From: an uncultured Acidimicrobiales bacterium
GTDB taxonomy: Bacteria; Actinomycetota; Acidimicrobiia; Acidimicrobiales; SZUA-35
Direction of reading: 5' to 3'
Length of the DNA stretch: 64,000 nt
Assembly (NCBI GenBank): GCA_937922785.1
Contig: CALAJQ010000009.1
Span: 10,958 to 74,957, forward strand
How positions within the stretch are numbered: position 1 is the stretch's first letter; each line of letters begins with the position of its first letter. A program made the translations under genes and the position numbers. Under the pieces are notes generated by a model. That model had not been told where the DNA came from. It did no database searches and was given only the letters and a program-made list of their open reading frames with translations. Positions 53,189 to 64,000 of the stretch are shown here, in pieces.

Positions 53189-54109
53189 TTAGCTCAGGCA
53201 GACTCGGGCCAGCGCAGCAGCGTCGGCTTTGTCTTTCATAATTGTTGGAACAACTACTGCTTTCACGCCTTCGGCCTCAATGGCTGGGGCAAGGTCAGCA
53301 TCGATCTCGTCGATGATCAGAGTTCCAACGACCTCGGCATACCACCGGGCGACCCCCACAGCGGTGGCTTCGCGGCCTAGCTCTTTAAGCAGTCGATCGG
53401 CTGGCCCCTTAAGTGCTTTGCCGCCAATGATGGGCGACACGGCAACGGTGTCGGCTCGGCGCGCAATCAGAGCGTCCCGCACTCCGGGAATGGCCAACAC
53501 CGGATCGATCGACACGGCCGGATTCGACGGGGCCACCACGATTCGCTCGGCACTGTTGATGGTCTCCAACACGCCAGGAGCAGGTTGGCAGTGGTCGGCT
53601 CCGGCGAAGCGAACCGAGGTAACGGCCACGTCGTGCTGACGTCTGACGAAATAGTCCTGGAAGCTAATCTCGCCTTCATCGGCGGTGGTAACCATCGTGC
53701 GGACAACATCGTTAGTCACTGGCAACAAGGTGAAGTTGAGGTCCCACGCTTTGGCAATCTCGCCTGTGACTTCAGCCAGTGTGGCGCCCTCGCCAAGACG
53801 GTGAGTGCGATAAAGGTGGGTTCCGATGTCTTTGTCACCAAGTGAAAACCAATTGGTGTCCCCATATCGTCCCAAAGCCTCCATGGCCTGCCAGGTTTCA
53901 CCTTCAAGGCCCCAGCCCCTCTCGGCGCTGACTGCTTCGGAGACCGTATAAACAATAGTGTCGAGGTCGGGGGAGATGTTAAGTCCGTGAAGCACAATGT
54001 CATCACCAACGTTGGCAATTGCGGTGAGTTCAGAATCGGGGACGATCTGAATCATCCCGCGCAACAAGCGGGCCGCCCCTACGCCCCCGCAGACCACAGC
54101 TACTGTCAC
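53189..54109 (-). CDS. cofD: 2-phospho-L-lactate transferase (LPPG:FO transferase)
   Basis: MTVAVVCGGVGAARLLRGM..., GDD..LHGL.ISPDLDT..Y, NPAVSIDPVLAIPG. 306 aa. Confidence 0.85.
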   Translation of the reverse strand: MTVAVVCGGVGAARLLRGMIQIVPDSELTAIANVGDDIVLHGLNISPDLDTIVYTVSEAVSAERGWGLEGETWQAMEALGRYGDTNWFSLGDKDIGTHLYRTHRLGEGATLAEVTGEIAKAWDLNFTLLPVTNDVVRTMVTTADEGEISFQDYFVRRQHDVAVTSVRFAGADHCQPAPGVLETINSAERIVVAPSNPAVSIDPVLAIPGVRDALIARRADTVAVSPIIGGKALKGPADRLLKELGREATAVGVARWYAEVVGTLIIDEIDADLAPAIEAEGVKAVVVPTIMKDKADAAALARVCLS

Positions 54110-54113
54110 GGAG

Positions 54114-56017
<1,904 letters not shown>

Positions 56018-56136
56018 AGTGGCAGGATAGACCGGGCGGCCACCAGATTTGCCGTTTCTTGGTGACGAGGCGCCGCCTAACTGTGGCTAGCGCGCTACCA
56101 CCAAATCCGGTCGTTCCCAGCTAGCCTCTAGCCGAC

Positions 56137-59100
56137 GTGAATGACGCTTCTGCTCCATGGCTAACAGAACCGCGCCCGGCCCCCTCAGCTGATGAGGAGG
56201 CGCCGGCTGTAGTTGCTGTCGTTGTTGTATCCGAACCTCAGGATCACTTCGAGGACCTTCTTCAGTCGCTGGCGTCCCAGGACTACCCCAACCTGTCAGT
56301 ACTGGTGGTTTACGGAGGCGAATCTCGCCCTGTTGTGGATCTGGTGTCTGACATTCTTCCCGATGCCTTCATTCACCAAGCCCCGAACCAGGGCAACTTC
56401 TCGAAGGCAGCAAACCAATCGTTGGAACTGGTCACCGGCGCTTCCTTTTACCTGTTCTGTCAAGACGACGTAGCGCTTGACGCTCGGTGCGTGACTGTTC
56501 TTGTTGAAGAGTTGTACCGATCCAACGCCGGAATCGTTGGCCCGAAACTTGTCAACTGGAAAGACCCTCGTCGTCTTGCCTCCATTGGCATGGGTTCGGA
56601 CCGCTTCGGCGCGCCTATCGACCTTGTCGAACCCGGTGAGTTTGATCAGGAACAATACGACGCCGTCAAGGACGTCTTCTTTGTTCCATCCGGAGTTCAG
56701 CTTGTCAGAGCCGACTTGTTCCGAATTCTTAACGGCTTTGACCCCGCAATTGTCCACTACGGCGAAGCCCTAGATCTGTGCTGGCGAGCCCACCTGTTAG
56801 GGGCACGAGTGGTAGCGGTGCCGGCGGCGCGAGTTCGGCACATGGATCATGCCGCCGAGTTGAATGACGCCGATGATCGACGAGCTCTACTTTCTCGCCA
56901 CCGGCTTAGAACAATCCTCACGACCTCCTCGCGGTTGAACTTCTTCAAGACCGTGCCACTAGCAATCATGTTGTTGCTGATGGAGACCCTTTATGCAGTG
57001 GTCACGGGTAAACGGCGAAGAGCAGCAGACTCGGTTAGGGCGATCACTTGGAACCTCCGTCGCTTAGGCTCGCTTCGCAAACGTCGAAAGATGCTGCGAA
57101 AGGTCCGCCAAGTTAGTGACCATGAAGTCCGCGAGATGCAGGCCCCGGGCTCGGCCCGGGTCGCTGGGTTCGTTCGGGAGCGTTTCGGGCGGGGCCGAGT
57201 GCGTTCCCCTGTGGGTTCTTTGCGGCGAGTATTTGGCGGGCGCAATGGCGAAATCTCAGCCGACGCGGTTGCGATGGTAGTCGGGCTCGCTCTGGTGATT
57301 CTGTTCTCCAGCCGAGGTTTGATTGCTGACGGTGTTGCCCCCGTCGGGCGCATTCCGATAATCGGTGACGGTTCAGGCCTTTTGGGTGAGTGGCTTGGTG
57401 GCTGGCGTAGCATCGGCGTTGGTGGTCCCGGCAACGCTCCCACAGCTTTCTTGGTGTTCGGAGTCCTGGAGCTCCTGTTCGGCTGGTCCAAGCCGCTACT
57501 GAATCTGTTGGTCGTTGTTGTGCCTCTGTTCGTAGGAATTCTGGGCGCATCCCGCCTGGCGCGACCATTTAGCAGTCCGAGAGCGGCGGGTCTTTCGGCA
57601 ATCGCCTATGCCGCAAACCCTCTGGTTCTGTCGATGATGTCCTCAGGAAACTGGGATGCGCTTATCTTGTGGGCTGCAGTGCCGTTCTTCTTGGGGTCTC
57701 TGTTCAGAGTTGCTGGCGTTTCCCCGTTTGGCTCTTCACAAGGTCCTTTGGGCGAAGGGGTGCACTCTCGGCTGTCGCCGACGCGTCTGATCCGATGGGG
57801 TTTGCTAGTAGCGGCTGCCGCAACTTTTACTCCCGCAGCAATACCCGTTGCAGTCATCTGCGCTTTGGGCATGGTTGTTGGCAGCGTGATCCGCTTCCAG
57901 CGTGAAGCTGTTCTGCCTTTGCTTGCAGCGGCAGCTGTAGCGGTAGCTGCGCCAGCAACCCTTCACCTGCCGTTCACCTTCGATGTGCTCCAGCGGTTCC
58001 GGTGGGAATGGCTGGTCGGGCCGGGATCTCCTGAAGCCTCAACCTCAGTCTTGTCTGACTTCGTGCTTTTTGCCCCTGGAGCGGTTACGCCCCGTCTCAT
58101 CACCATTGCTTTGTTGGTGGCCGCCGCAGTCGGGCTAAGTTTCTCCAAGGGGCGCCGCTTCGACGTTGCCGTCGTGGCGTGGTCGGTTGCTCTTGTTTCG
58201 TGGTTCCTGGCTTGGGCCGGAGCTCGGGGCTGGATCGGCTTTGATCTCCCGGCCGCAGAGATGCTGCTAACGCCCGCAGCTGCAGCAATAGCGCTGGCCG
58301 TGGCCGCCGGAGCCCGATCGGTAGAAGTTGACCTCGGCGGCTACCGCTTTGGCCTCCGCCAGCTGCTTGCGGTTGCCGGGGCTTTGGCCATGGTGGTGGT
58401 GGCCTTCGGTGGGTTGGTGTCGTCATTCGACGGCCGTTGGGAGCTGCCGATCCAAAGTTATGCAAACACTACGGATCGTCTAGTTGCGGCTGAGACCGGC
58501 GAGCAGCGGATCCTATGGATCGGCGACCCTCGCATTCTGGCCAGCGAACCGCTCCAGTCAGAAGCTGGCATTTCTTACTCATTGACCAACTCGAACGTGC
58601 CAGACGTGCGTAACCGCTTCGTGCCCGGTACTTACGGGCTGAATGACCAAGTTGGCGTTCGGCTTGACCTTGCGGTGCAAGGGGAGACCGTTCGGCTTGG
58701 CCGCCTACTGGCAATCTATGGCATCGACTTTGTAGTTATCGTGCCCCAGCTTGCGCCGGCACCTTACGAGCGGCCAGTGAACGGACCCGTCCTAAGCAGC
58801 GGTGCAGACATCTACGGCGCTTTGGGCAATCAGCTTGATCTACGCCTTGTCAACGGCACTCCAGACCTCACGGTATATCGCAACGAGGCCTCGCTTGGCC
58901 CGGCGGTGGCTCTGCTGAACAGCGAGCAAGCCGACGCTGACACTGTGGCTCAACAGCTGGATACAGACCTAACTTCTGGCACGCGACTAGATCTAGCCGC
59001 TAGCGCTGTAAACAAGTGGAGTGGATTGTCTTTGGCCGCTGATGGGTCCGAGGTGTTGGTCGCAGTCACAGCAGACGGGTGGCAAGGCGGTCGAGACGGT

Positions 59101-59271
59101 TTGGAAGTATCTGAAGGATTTGGTGGCATGGTGATCGCTTCAGCTTCTGAAGGTGGACCGCTGGTTCTTACTCGCCAAACGCCTGGTCTTCGTTGGCTAG
59201 CGCTTATCGCCCAAATGGTCATTGTTGGTGTGGGCCTAGCGCTTGCCCGTCCGAAGGTGTCCAACCCATGA
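56137..59271 (+). CDS. GT2-family glycosyltransferase fused to a large polytopic membrane domain
   Basis: The N-terminal ~300 aa are a GT-A fold (VAVVVVSEPQ..., QDD, RADLFRILNGFD). More than 10 hydrophobic helices and a periplasmic-type C-region follow. 1,044 aa. Confidence 0.8.
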   Translation: MNDASAPWLTEPRPAPSADEEAPAVVAVVVVSEPQDHFEDLLQSLASQDYPNLSVLVVYGGESRPVVDLVSDILPDAFIHQAPNQGNFSKAANQSLELVTGASFYLFCQDDVALDARCVTVLVEELYRSNAGIVGPKLVNWKDPRRLASIGMGSDRFGAPIDLVEPGEFDQEQYDAVKDVFFVPSGVQLVRADLFRILNGFDPAIVHYGEALDLCWRAHLLGARVVAVPAARVRHMDHAAELNDADDRRALLSRHRLRTILTTSSRLNFFKTVPLAIMLLLMETLYAVVTGKRRRAADSVRAITWNLRRLGSLRKRRKMLRKVRQVSDHEVREMQAPGSARVAGFVRERFGRGRVRSPVGSLRRVFGGRNGEISADAVAMVVGLALVILFSSRGLIADGVAPVGRIPIIGDGSGLLGEWLGGWRSIGVGGPGNAPTAFLVFGVLELLFGWSKPLLNLLVVVVPLFVGILGASRLARPFSSPRAAGLSAIAYAANPLVLSMMSSGNWDALILWAAVPFFLGSLFRVAGVSPFGSSQGPLGEGVHSRLSPTRLIRWGLLVAAAATFTPAAIPVAVICALGMVVGSVIRFQREAVLPLLAAAAVAVAAPATLHLPFTFDVLQRFRWEWLVGPGSPEASTSVLSDFVLFAPGAVTPRLITIALLVAAAVGLSFSKGRRFDVAVVAWSVALVSWFLAWAGARGWIGFDLPAAEMLLTPAAAAIALAVAAGARSVEVDLGGYRFGLRQLLAVAGALAMVVVAFGGLVSSFDGRWELPIQSYANTTDRLVAAETGEQRILWIGDPRILASEPLQSEAGISYSLTNSNVPDVRNRFVPGTYGLNDQVGVRLDLAVQGETVRLGRLLAIYGIDFVVIVPQLAPAPYERPVNGPVLSSGADIYGALGNQLDLRLVNGTPDLTVYRNEASLGPAVALLNSEQADADTVAQQLDTDLTSGTRLDLAASAVNKWSGLSLAADGSEVLVAVTADGWQGGRDGLEVSEGFGGMVIASASEGGPLVLTRQTPGLRWLALIAQMVIVGVGLALARPKVSNP

Positions 59272-60965
59272 TCCGTTGGGCAACAATCTCCTTACTTGCA
59301 GGCCTGCTTGCCATTGGCGTGTTGTACGACCGTTCGTCTCCGCAGGTCATCGACCAAGTGGTCCCGGTTCAAGAGGTCGTTTTGACTCCAACGATCTCAC
59401 GCCCTGGGGGTCTAACTTCAGTTTGGTACTGCCCCGTTGGCTCCAGCAGCTCCAATGGATACGCAGATCACCAAATCTCCATCACCAACACCGGCGACGA
59501 GTCCGCTGTCGCCAACCTGACGGTCATAACCGACGATGGGCAAGGTATTACCCAGCGTCAAGTAGTGCAGTCGAACTCAACCGCCGTAGTAGATGTGCCG
59601 TCACTTTCAGCCGATGACGTCGCTAGCGCCTTAGTTGAGGTCGTCGGCGGCGAAGGTCTGGTTGGCCACACGGTCATGACCGATCAAGGCCCCGCAACAG
59701 GACCATGTGCCACAGATGCTTCAGACCAATGGTTGTTCGCTGGTGGCGCCACTTCTAGAGATGCACGCTTCTACCTCGTCCTGATGAACCCATTCGGCGA
59801 AGACGCAGTGTTTGACGCCGAGTTCCGAACCGAAAGCCGGACCAGGCGACCGATCGCACTGCAAAGTGATGTGGTCAAAGGCCGTTCGACCAAGGTGATC
59901 GACATCACCGAACATGTATCCCGAGCCGACATGGTCTCCACAGTGGTCAACGTGACCGTTGGACGCTTGGTTGTAGAGCGGCTCCAGACCTTCGACGGAG
60001 TGCTCGGACCAAAGGGAGCGGCTCTTACGCTAGGCATTGCCAGCCCGCAGACCGATTGGTTCTTCCCAGCAGGGCGAGTCATAGCCGGAAGCGATCACCG
60101 GCTGGTTGTGTTTAATCCCGGTGAGACTGGGGCGGAGGTGGACGTGTCGTTCATGTTCGAGAATCCAGACGAACCTACCGCAGTTGGCCTCGTTCCTATA
60201 GAACTAACGATTGCTCCCGGTCGGTTTGAGATGATCGACGTTGGCGACCTCGCGATCGGACTTGGACTTGACCTCCCTCTCGAGGTGGGAATGGTGGTTC
60301 AGGCCGCCGACGAGTCAGCAGTGATTGCCGAACGCTGGCAGCTGAGTCCTGAGATCACATCTGACCCGCTGGGCACCGTTCCAATCGACGAGCCGGATTC
60401 GGAATCGACGCTAGATCCCGAGACCGGCACAGAGCCCGACGCCACTCAAGACCCAGACGCTGTCGACGAGCCAGTCGTCGAGCCATCGAATCAAACCGGT
60501 GAAGACGGCGCAGAGCCAGACGAAGTTGACCCTGATCAATCCGATGGCCAAGAAGATGAAGAACACGAGGACGTTCCAGAAGAAGAGATAGAGGACCCAC
60601 TACCTGAGGGCTTCTCTCAGCCGAGTGCCACGGTTGGCCTCGCCATCAGCCGGGGCGTGTCCCAGCTCTCCACAGAGTGGCTTGTACCTCGAACTGAGAT
60701 GCTGGCGGGTAATGGCACGGCCGTGGTTGTTTCAAGTCTTGAAGGAGCCAGCGTTGAAGTCCGGCTCATGGTTGGCGGCGAGCTGCAGCCTCCGATAAGA
60801 GCAACCGTTCCGGCGTTCGGCCGAATTGTAGTTTCGATGGGCAGCTCCACAACTTCGGCGCCAATGGTGATCACTGCAACTGCCCCAGTGGCAGTAGAAG
60901 TGCAGCTGGTTGACCCCGGTAGCCAGATTGATGTCTCGTCAGCGGTTCCAGTTACGATTCGCTAG
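59268..60965 (+). CDS. Membrane-anchored hypothetical protein (DUF5719-like by position and architecture)
   Basis: ATG 59268 overlaps the previous stop (ATGA). N-terminal TM helix, beta-rich repeats, and an internal D/E/P-rich linker. The family name comes from memory of this conserved actinobacterial gene neighbourhood and is not verified. Confidence 0.55.
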   Translation: MIRWATISLLAGLLAIGVLYDRSSPQVIDQVVPVQEVVLTPTISRPGGLTSVWYCPVGSSSSNGYADHQISITNTGDESAVANLTVITDDGQGITQRQVVQSNSTAVVDVPSLSADDVASALVEVVGGEGLVGHTVMTDQGPATGPCATDASDQWLFAGGATSRDARFYLVLMNPFGEDAVFDAEFRTESRTRRPIALQSDVVKGRSTKVIDITEHVSRADMVSTVVNVTVGRLVVERLQTFDGVLGPKGAALTLGIASPQTDWFFPAGRVIAGSDHRLVVFNPGETGAEVDVSFMFENPDEPTAVGLVPIELTIAPGRFEMIDVGDLAIGLGLDLPLEVGMVVQAADESAVIAERWQLSPEITSDPLGTVPIDEPDSESTLDPETGTEPDATQDPDAVDEPVVEPSNQTGEDGAEPDEVDPDQSDGQEDEEHEDVPEEEIEDPLPEGFSQPSATVGLAISRGVSQLSTEWLVPRTEMLAGNGTAVVVSSLEGASVEVRLMVGGELQPPIRATVPAFGRIVVSMGSSTTSAPMVITATAPVAVEVQLVDPGSQIDVSSAVPVTIR

Positions 60966-61372
60966 TGGATCGTCTGATCATTCTTCTGGTGCTTTCGGCT
61001 GCGGCCGCGGGTGTTGCTTTGCTTCTCCAGAAGCGTCGTCCTGAACCGCCGTCGGCTCCGTCCTACCGGGCGCCAACCCAGCTAGACCGCAACGACTTTG
61101 TCAGCCCCGAGACCCCGATCCTCATTGTCAGTTTCACGTCTCGAACTTGTAAGTCTTGTGCGGCTACGTGGCAGTCAGTTAATCACGGTGTGGGGGAGCG
61201 GCCTCAAGTGGTTACTCAGAACGTCGAACTCCAGAACGACCCTGCCGGACTACACGAGCGCTACAAAATCGACGGCGTCCCCACAACGGTAATTGCGGGC
61301 GCCGAAGGAATTGTTCACGCCAGCTACTTCGGCGAGATGACACCAGAAGCAATCTCAAAAGCTCTCGGCTAA
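60965..61372 (+). CDS. Membrane-anchored thioredoxin-fold protein
   Basis: GTG overlaps the previous TAG. N-terminal TM helix, CxxC in SRTCKSCAATW, and DGVPTTVI (a cis-Pro loop-like segment). Confidence 0.6.
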   Translation: MDRLIILLVLSAAAAGVALLLQKRRPEPPSAPSYRAPTQLDRNDFVSPETPILIVSFTSRTCKSCAATWQSVNHGVGERPQVVTQNVELQNDPAGLHERYKIDGVPTTVIAGAEGIVHASYFGEMTPEAISKALG

Positions 61373-61411
61373 AACGCTCCGGCGCCTAACGCGCCAAAAA
61401 ACCCTGGCGTC

Positions 61412-61531
61412 TGGCGGTCCCTGGGCCCGAATGCGGGCCTGAGCACAGCCAGAACCGAGGTAGTTACGGTCGTCGTCCGCTTTTGGCGGTCCCTGGGCCC
61501 GTATGCGGGCCTGAGCACAGCCAGAACCGAA
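61412..61531. repeat. Two 47-bp direct repeats (period 72 bp), each with a GC hairpin
   Basis: tggcggtccctgggcccg(a/t)atgcgggcctgagcacagccagaaccga at 61412..61458 and 61484..61530, with 1 mismatch. Each copy contains GGCCCG-(a/t)at-gCGGGCC. They lie in the convergent gap between the thioredoxin-like gene and ftsH. Confidence 0.75.
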
Positions 61532-61554
61532 GAGGAGGTATGGGTTTTTGGTGG

Positions 61555-63510
61555 CTATACGCCTTGAGGAGACGGCTCCACTGGATCGCCGGCGTCGCTT
61601 GAGCTGAGAGGTGGTTCGTCAGCCTTAGCTATCAGGCGCAGGATTTCTTCTCCGTTGACCGTCTCATGTTCGAGCAGCTGCCTAGCGATGAAGTCAAGAG
61701 CGGTGCGCTTCTCATCGAGAAGGTTCGCACAACGGACTTCCATCTCAATAAGGATCCGGCGAGTTTCCTCGTCGATCAGCTTTGCGGTCTCTGCCGAGTA
61801 GTCCTTGGAGTTGCTGCCATCGCCCAGGAAGACCGGGCCATTGTCGCTAAGGCTCATCGGGCCAATTCGCTCACTCATGCCCCACTCGGTAACCATCCGG
61901 CGAGCCATGTTTGTGGCTTGACGGAGGTCATCAGCGGCTCCAGAAGAAACTTCACCGAAGATTAGTTTCTCGGCCATCCGGCCACCAAGAGCCATGGTGA
62001 TGCGGTCTTCGGCCTCAGCCTGTTCGAGGCTGTAGCGCTCGCCTTCGGGCAAGGTCATCGTGACACCAAGGGCCATGCCGGTGGGAATGATCGTGACTTT
62101 GTGAACCGGATCGTGGGTTGGAAGAACAGCAGCAGCTAGCGCGTGGCCAGCTTCGTGGTACGCGGTGCGCTCGAGGTCTTCTTGGCTTCGAACCATGTTC
62201 TCGCGCTCGATACCAAGCAGTACTCGGTCACGGGCCTGCTCGAAGTGAGTTGCTGCCACTCGGGTCTCGCCTTGGCGAACAGCAAACAGCGCAGCCTCGT
62301 TAACGAGGTTGGCCAAGTCCGCACCGCTCATGCCGGGAGCGCCACGGGCAATGACGTCTACGTCAACATCTGGGCCCATCTTCTTGTGCTTCATGTGAAC
62401 TGCGAGGATTTCCTTGCGGTCATCAAGTTCAGGAAGCGGCACAACTACCTGACGGTCAAAGCGACCAGGACGCAGAAGAGCAGGGTCAAGAATGTCAGGT
62501 CGGTTGGTTGCGGCCATCATCACGATGCCTTCGTGAGCCTCAAAGCCGTCCATTTCTGAAAGCATTTGGTTCAAGGTCTGCTCACGCTCGTCGTGGCCGC
62601 CACCCATGCCGGCGCCACGCTTGCGACCAATTGAATCGATCTCGTCAATAAAGATAATCGCTCGGCCCATCTTTCGGGCCTCGCTGAACAGGTCGCGGAC
62701 TCGGCTTGCGCCAACGCCTACAAACATTTCCATGAAGTCAGAACCAGTAACTGAAAGGAACGGCACGCCGGCCTCACCGGCGACAGCCCGGGCAATCAGA
62801 GTCTTACCTGTTCCTGGAGGACCCACCAGAAGGACACCCTTGGGGATGCGGGCTCCGATCTCGGCAAAGCGAGCGGGCTCTTTCAAGAAGTTGACGACCT
62901 CGGTTATTTCACGCTTAACACCGGCGTAACCGGCCACGTCTTCGAAAGTGCTGCCAGGGCGTTCAGATGAGTAGGTCTTGGCCTTGGAGCGGCCAATGCT
63001 CATGATTCCACCCATCTGGGACTGTTGGCGCTTGGCCATCCAGTAGAAGAATCCCAAGATGAAGATGAAAGGCAGGAACGGAACGAGGTTCCATAGGGCG
63101 CTTTGGGTTGGTGTTACCGCTTCAAAGCTCACTCCGGCTTCACGAAGCATCGCCTCGCCATCGGAGAAATCGGCCAGGCCAGTTGTGCTGAACCGCTCTA
63201 CGAACTCGCCTTCGATTTCGCCTTCAACCTGAGCGTCGGAGGTGAATACGCCGTCGATGTTGCCAGATCCGTTCTCGTACTTAACCGACTCAACCTTGCC
63301 GTCATCAACGAACTGCCACATCTCCGACAGCGTGATCTCTTTGATCTCAGGGTTAGAGCCGTTTGTGCCCGTGAGAATCGCAAGGATGATGAGAATGCCC
63401 ATCGCCACGAATAAGGCCATGCGCGGCCATCCGCCGTCTGCTTTACCGGGCATTTTTGGGTTGCGGCCTTCAGGAGGAGGGGGCGGAGGTAATTTGCCGT
63501 CGTGTGCCAT
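61555..63510 (-). CDS. ftsH: ATP-dependent zinc metalloprotease FtsH
   Basis: Two TM helices, AAA module ([36 protein letters not shown] region [20 protein letters not shown]), and protease HEAGHA. Confidence 0.95.
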   Translation of the reverse strand: MAHDGKLPPPPPPEGRNPKMPGKADGGWPRMALFVAMGILIILAILTGTNGSNPEIKEITLSEMWQFVDDGKVESVKYENGSGNIDGVFTSDAQVEGEIEGEFVERFSTTGLADFSDGEAMLREAGVSFEAVTPTQSALWNLVPFLPFIFILGFFYWMAKRQQSQMGGIMSIGRSKAKTYSSERPGSTFEDVAGYAGVKREITEVVNFLKEPARFAEIGARIPKGVLLVGPPGTGKTLIARAVAGEAGVPFLSVTGSDFMEMFVGVGASRVRDLFSEARKMGRAIIFIDEIDSIGRKRGAGMGGGHDEREQTLNQMLSEMDGFEAHEGIVMMAATNRPDILDPALLRPGRFDRQVVVPLPELDDRKEILAVHMKHKKMGPDVDVDVIARGAPGMSGADLANLVNEAALFAVRQGETRVAATHFEQARDRVLLGIERENMVRSQEDLERTAYHEAGHALAAAVLPTHDPVHKVTIIPTGMALGVTMTLPEGERYSLEQAEAEDRITMALGGRMAEKLIFGEVSSGAADDLRQATNMARRMVTEWGMSERIGPMSLSDNGPVFLGDGSNSKDYSAETAKLIDEETRRILIEMEVRCANLLDEKRTALDFIARQLLEHETVNGEEILRLIAKADEPPLSSSDAGDPVEPSPQGV

Positions 63511-63596
63511 GGTTACAGCCTAATGGAATGGTGTAGCAGTGATGGAGTCGCGCTGGCGCGAGTTACGTGAGTGTTCACACAGATACCGTCGGTCTA

Positions 63597-64000
63597 ATGA
63601 CGCCAGCATCAAGGATTCTGGAAAAGCCGCCTTGGGGCATGGCTGAAATACTGCGCTGGTTTTTTGTTGCCCAGTTGGGGCCCATTGTTGTTGCAATCAT
63701 CCTTTTGAGCTTCGTTTTTGGTGAGGAGGGGTGGCCTACGCCAACGCCAATATGGCTCTTAGTGGTCAGCAGCTTCATGATCTGGGTTGGATACGGCCTG
63801 GGCACCGTTCTTCAGACCAAGCGAACCGGTGCCGGACCAGAGTTTGAACTAGGCCTTAAGGCCCCGATTGCCCACTATTTGGCAGCAGGCCTGCTGGGGG
63901 TCTTCACCCAGGTTGTGCTGGTGCCTGCCTTGTACTGGCCAATCCTGAAGATGAACCCCGATTTAGACGTTGGGGCAGCGGCAGAAGAACTGACCGAGAG
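63597..64000 (+). CDS. Hypothetical polytopic membrane protein (5' part; runs off the right edge)
   Basis: Open frame from ATG 63597 (or 63639) to the window end. Hydrophobic helices: FFVAQLGPIVVAIILLSFVF; IWLLVVSSFMIWVGYGLG; YLAAGLLGVFTQVVLVPALYW. Not in the track because no stop lies within the window. Confidence 0.5.
   Translation, partial: MTPASRILEKPPWGMAEILRWFFVAQLGPIVVAIILLSFVFGEEGWPTPTPIWLLVVSSFMIWVGYGLGTVLQTKRTGAGPEFELGLKAPIAHYLAAGLLGVFTQVVLVPALYWPILKMNPDLDVGAAAEELTE

Noticed and set aside
53229-54018. ORFs 53229..53639 (+), 53585..53845 (+) and 53716..54018 (-) over cofD
   Set aside because: They are antisense or off-frame to a full-length CofD with conserved motifs.
56296-58465. 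Minus-strand ORFs within the GT2-membrane gene (56296..56757, 56991..57491, 57113..57568, 58100..58465)
   Set aside because: They are R/P-rich shadows of a hydrophobic GC-rich coding frame.
61381-61411. GGCGC-CTAA-GCGCC hairpin right after the thioredoxin-like stop, considered as an intrinsic terminator
   Set aside because: On the + strand the stem is followed by an A-run rather than a T-run, and on the - strand the T-run precedes the stem. It therefore does not fit the canonical terminator geometry. The duplicated 47-bp hairpin elements nearby are the more notable structure.
63575-63805. 76-aa minus ORF downstream of ftsH
   Set aside because: It overlaps, on the opposite strand, an open plus-strand frame encoding clear TM helices that continues to the window end.

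Overview
This looks like an Actinomycetota-type chromosomal segment with moderately high GC. It splits into two halves at a tRNA cluster: tRNA-Lys(CTT) 36074..36149, tRNA-His(GTG) 36224..36302 and tRNA-Arg(TCT) 37285..37358.

LEFT (1..36150) is accessory DNA stacked at tRNA-Lys.
- A 43-bp exact direct repeat of the tRNA-Lys 3' half (4988..5030 and 36076..36118) brackets a ~31-kb integrative element.
- Its cargo includes a 3,252-aa secreted RHS/TcB-TcC-like polymorphic toxin (RTX repeats, 7 Ig-like repeats, SpvB-like region, YD shell) with an unrecognisable C-terminal tip and an adjacent putative immunity gene.
- Further cargo: a tandem-LamG fragment, lipoproteins, a HAD-like protein, and a two-gene type I CBASS (CD-NTase plus Cap15-like 2TM/beta-barrel effector).
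- Also present are an AbiGi-like gene, a 435-aa protein with a C-terminal Mrr/PD-(D/E)xK-like nuclease fold, and a domain-less operon (410 aa, 141 aa, 76 aa).
- The element carries a minimal transfer/maintenance module: coupled small ORFs, a TraD/VirD4-like ATPase, a replication-relaxation protein and ArdA. It also carries an XRE-ImmA/IrrE-large serine recombinase operon abutting the tRNA.
- Left of the repeat (1..4987) lies an older, decaying island. It holds a partial DarT gene, two tyrosine-integrase pseudogenes, a decayed IS6 element and a trypsin-like protease.

RIGHT (36150..64000) is ordinary core genome: an atypical OmpR-type regulator, a DUF4214/transglycosylase protein, an acyl-CoA dehydrogenase, thiamine pyrophosphokinase, and an LCP protein with a UDP-GlcA/UDP-xylose plus GT4 glycan cluster. 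It continues with a Ski2-like helicase, cofE/cofD, gmd/rmd, a GT2-polytopic protein with conserved neighbours, and ftsH.

The best candidates for something undescribed are the 26093..28138 operon, the 24300..25607 nuclease-like protein, the RHS toxin tip with its immunity gene, and the mismatch between a tyrosine-integrase-style tRNA att repeat and a serine recombinase as the only intact recombinase.

All calls come from reading the translations and the DNA by eye. No database search was run.
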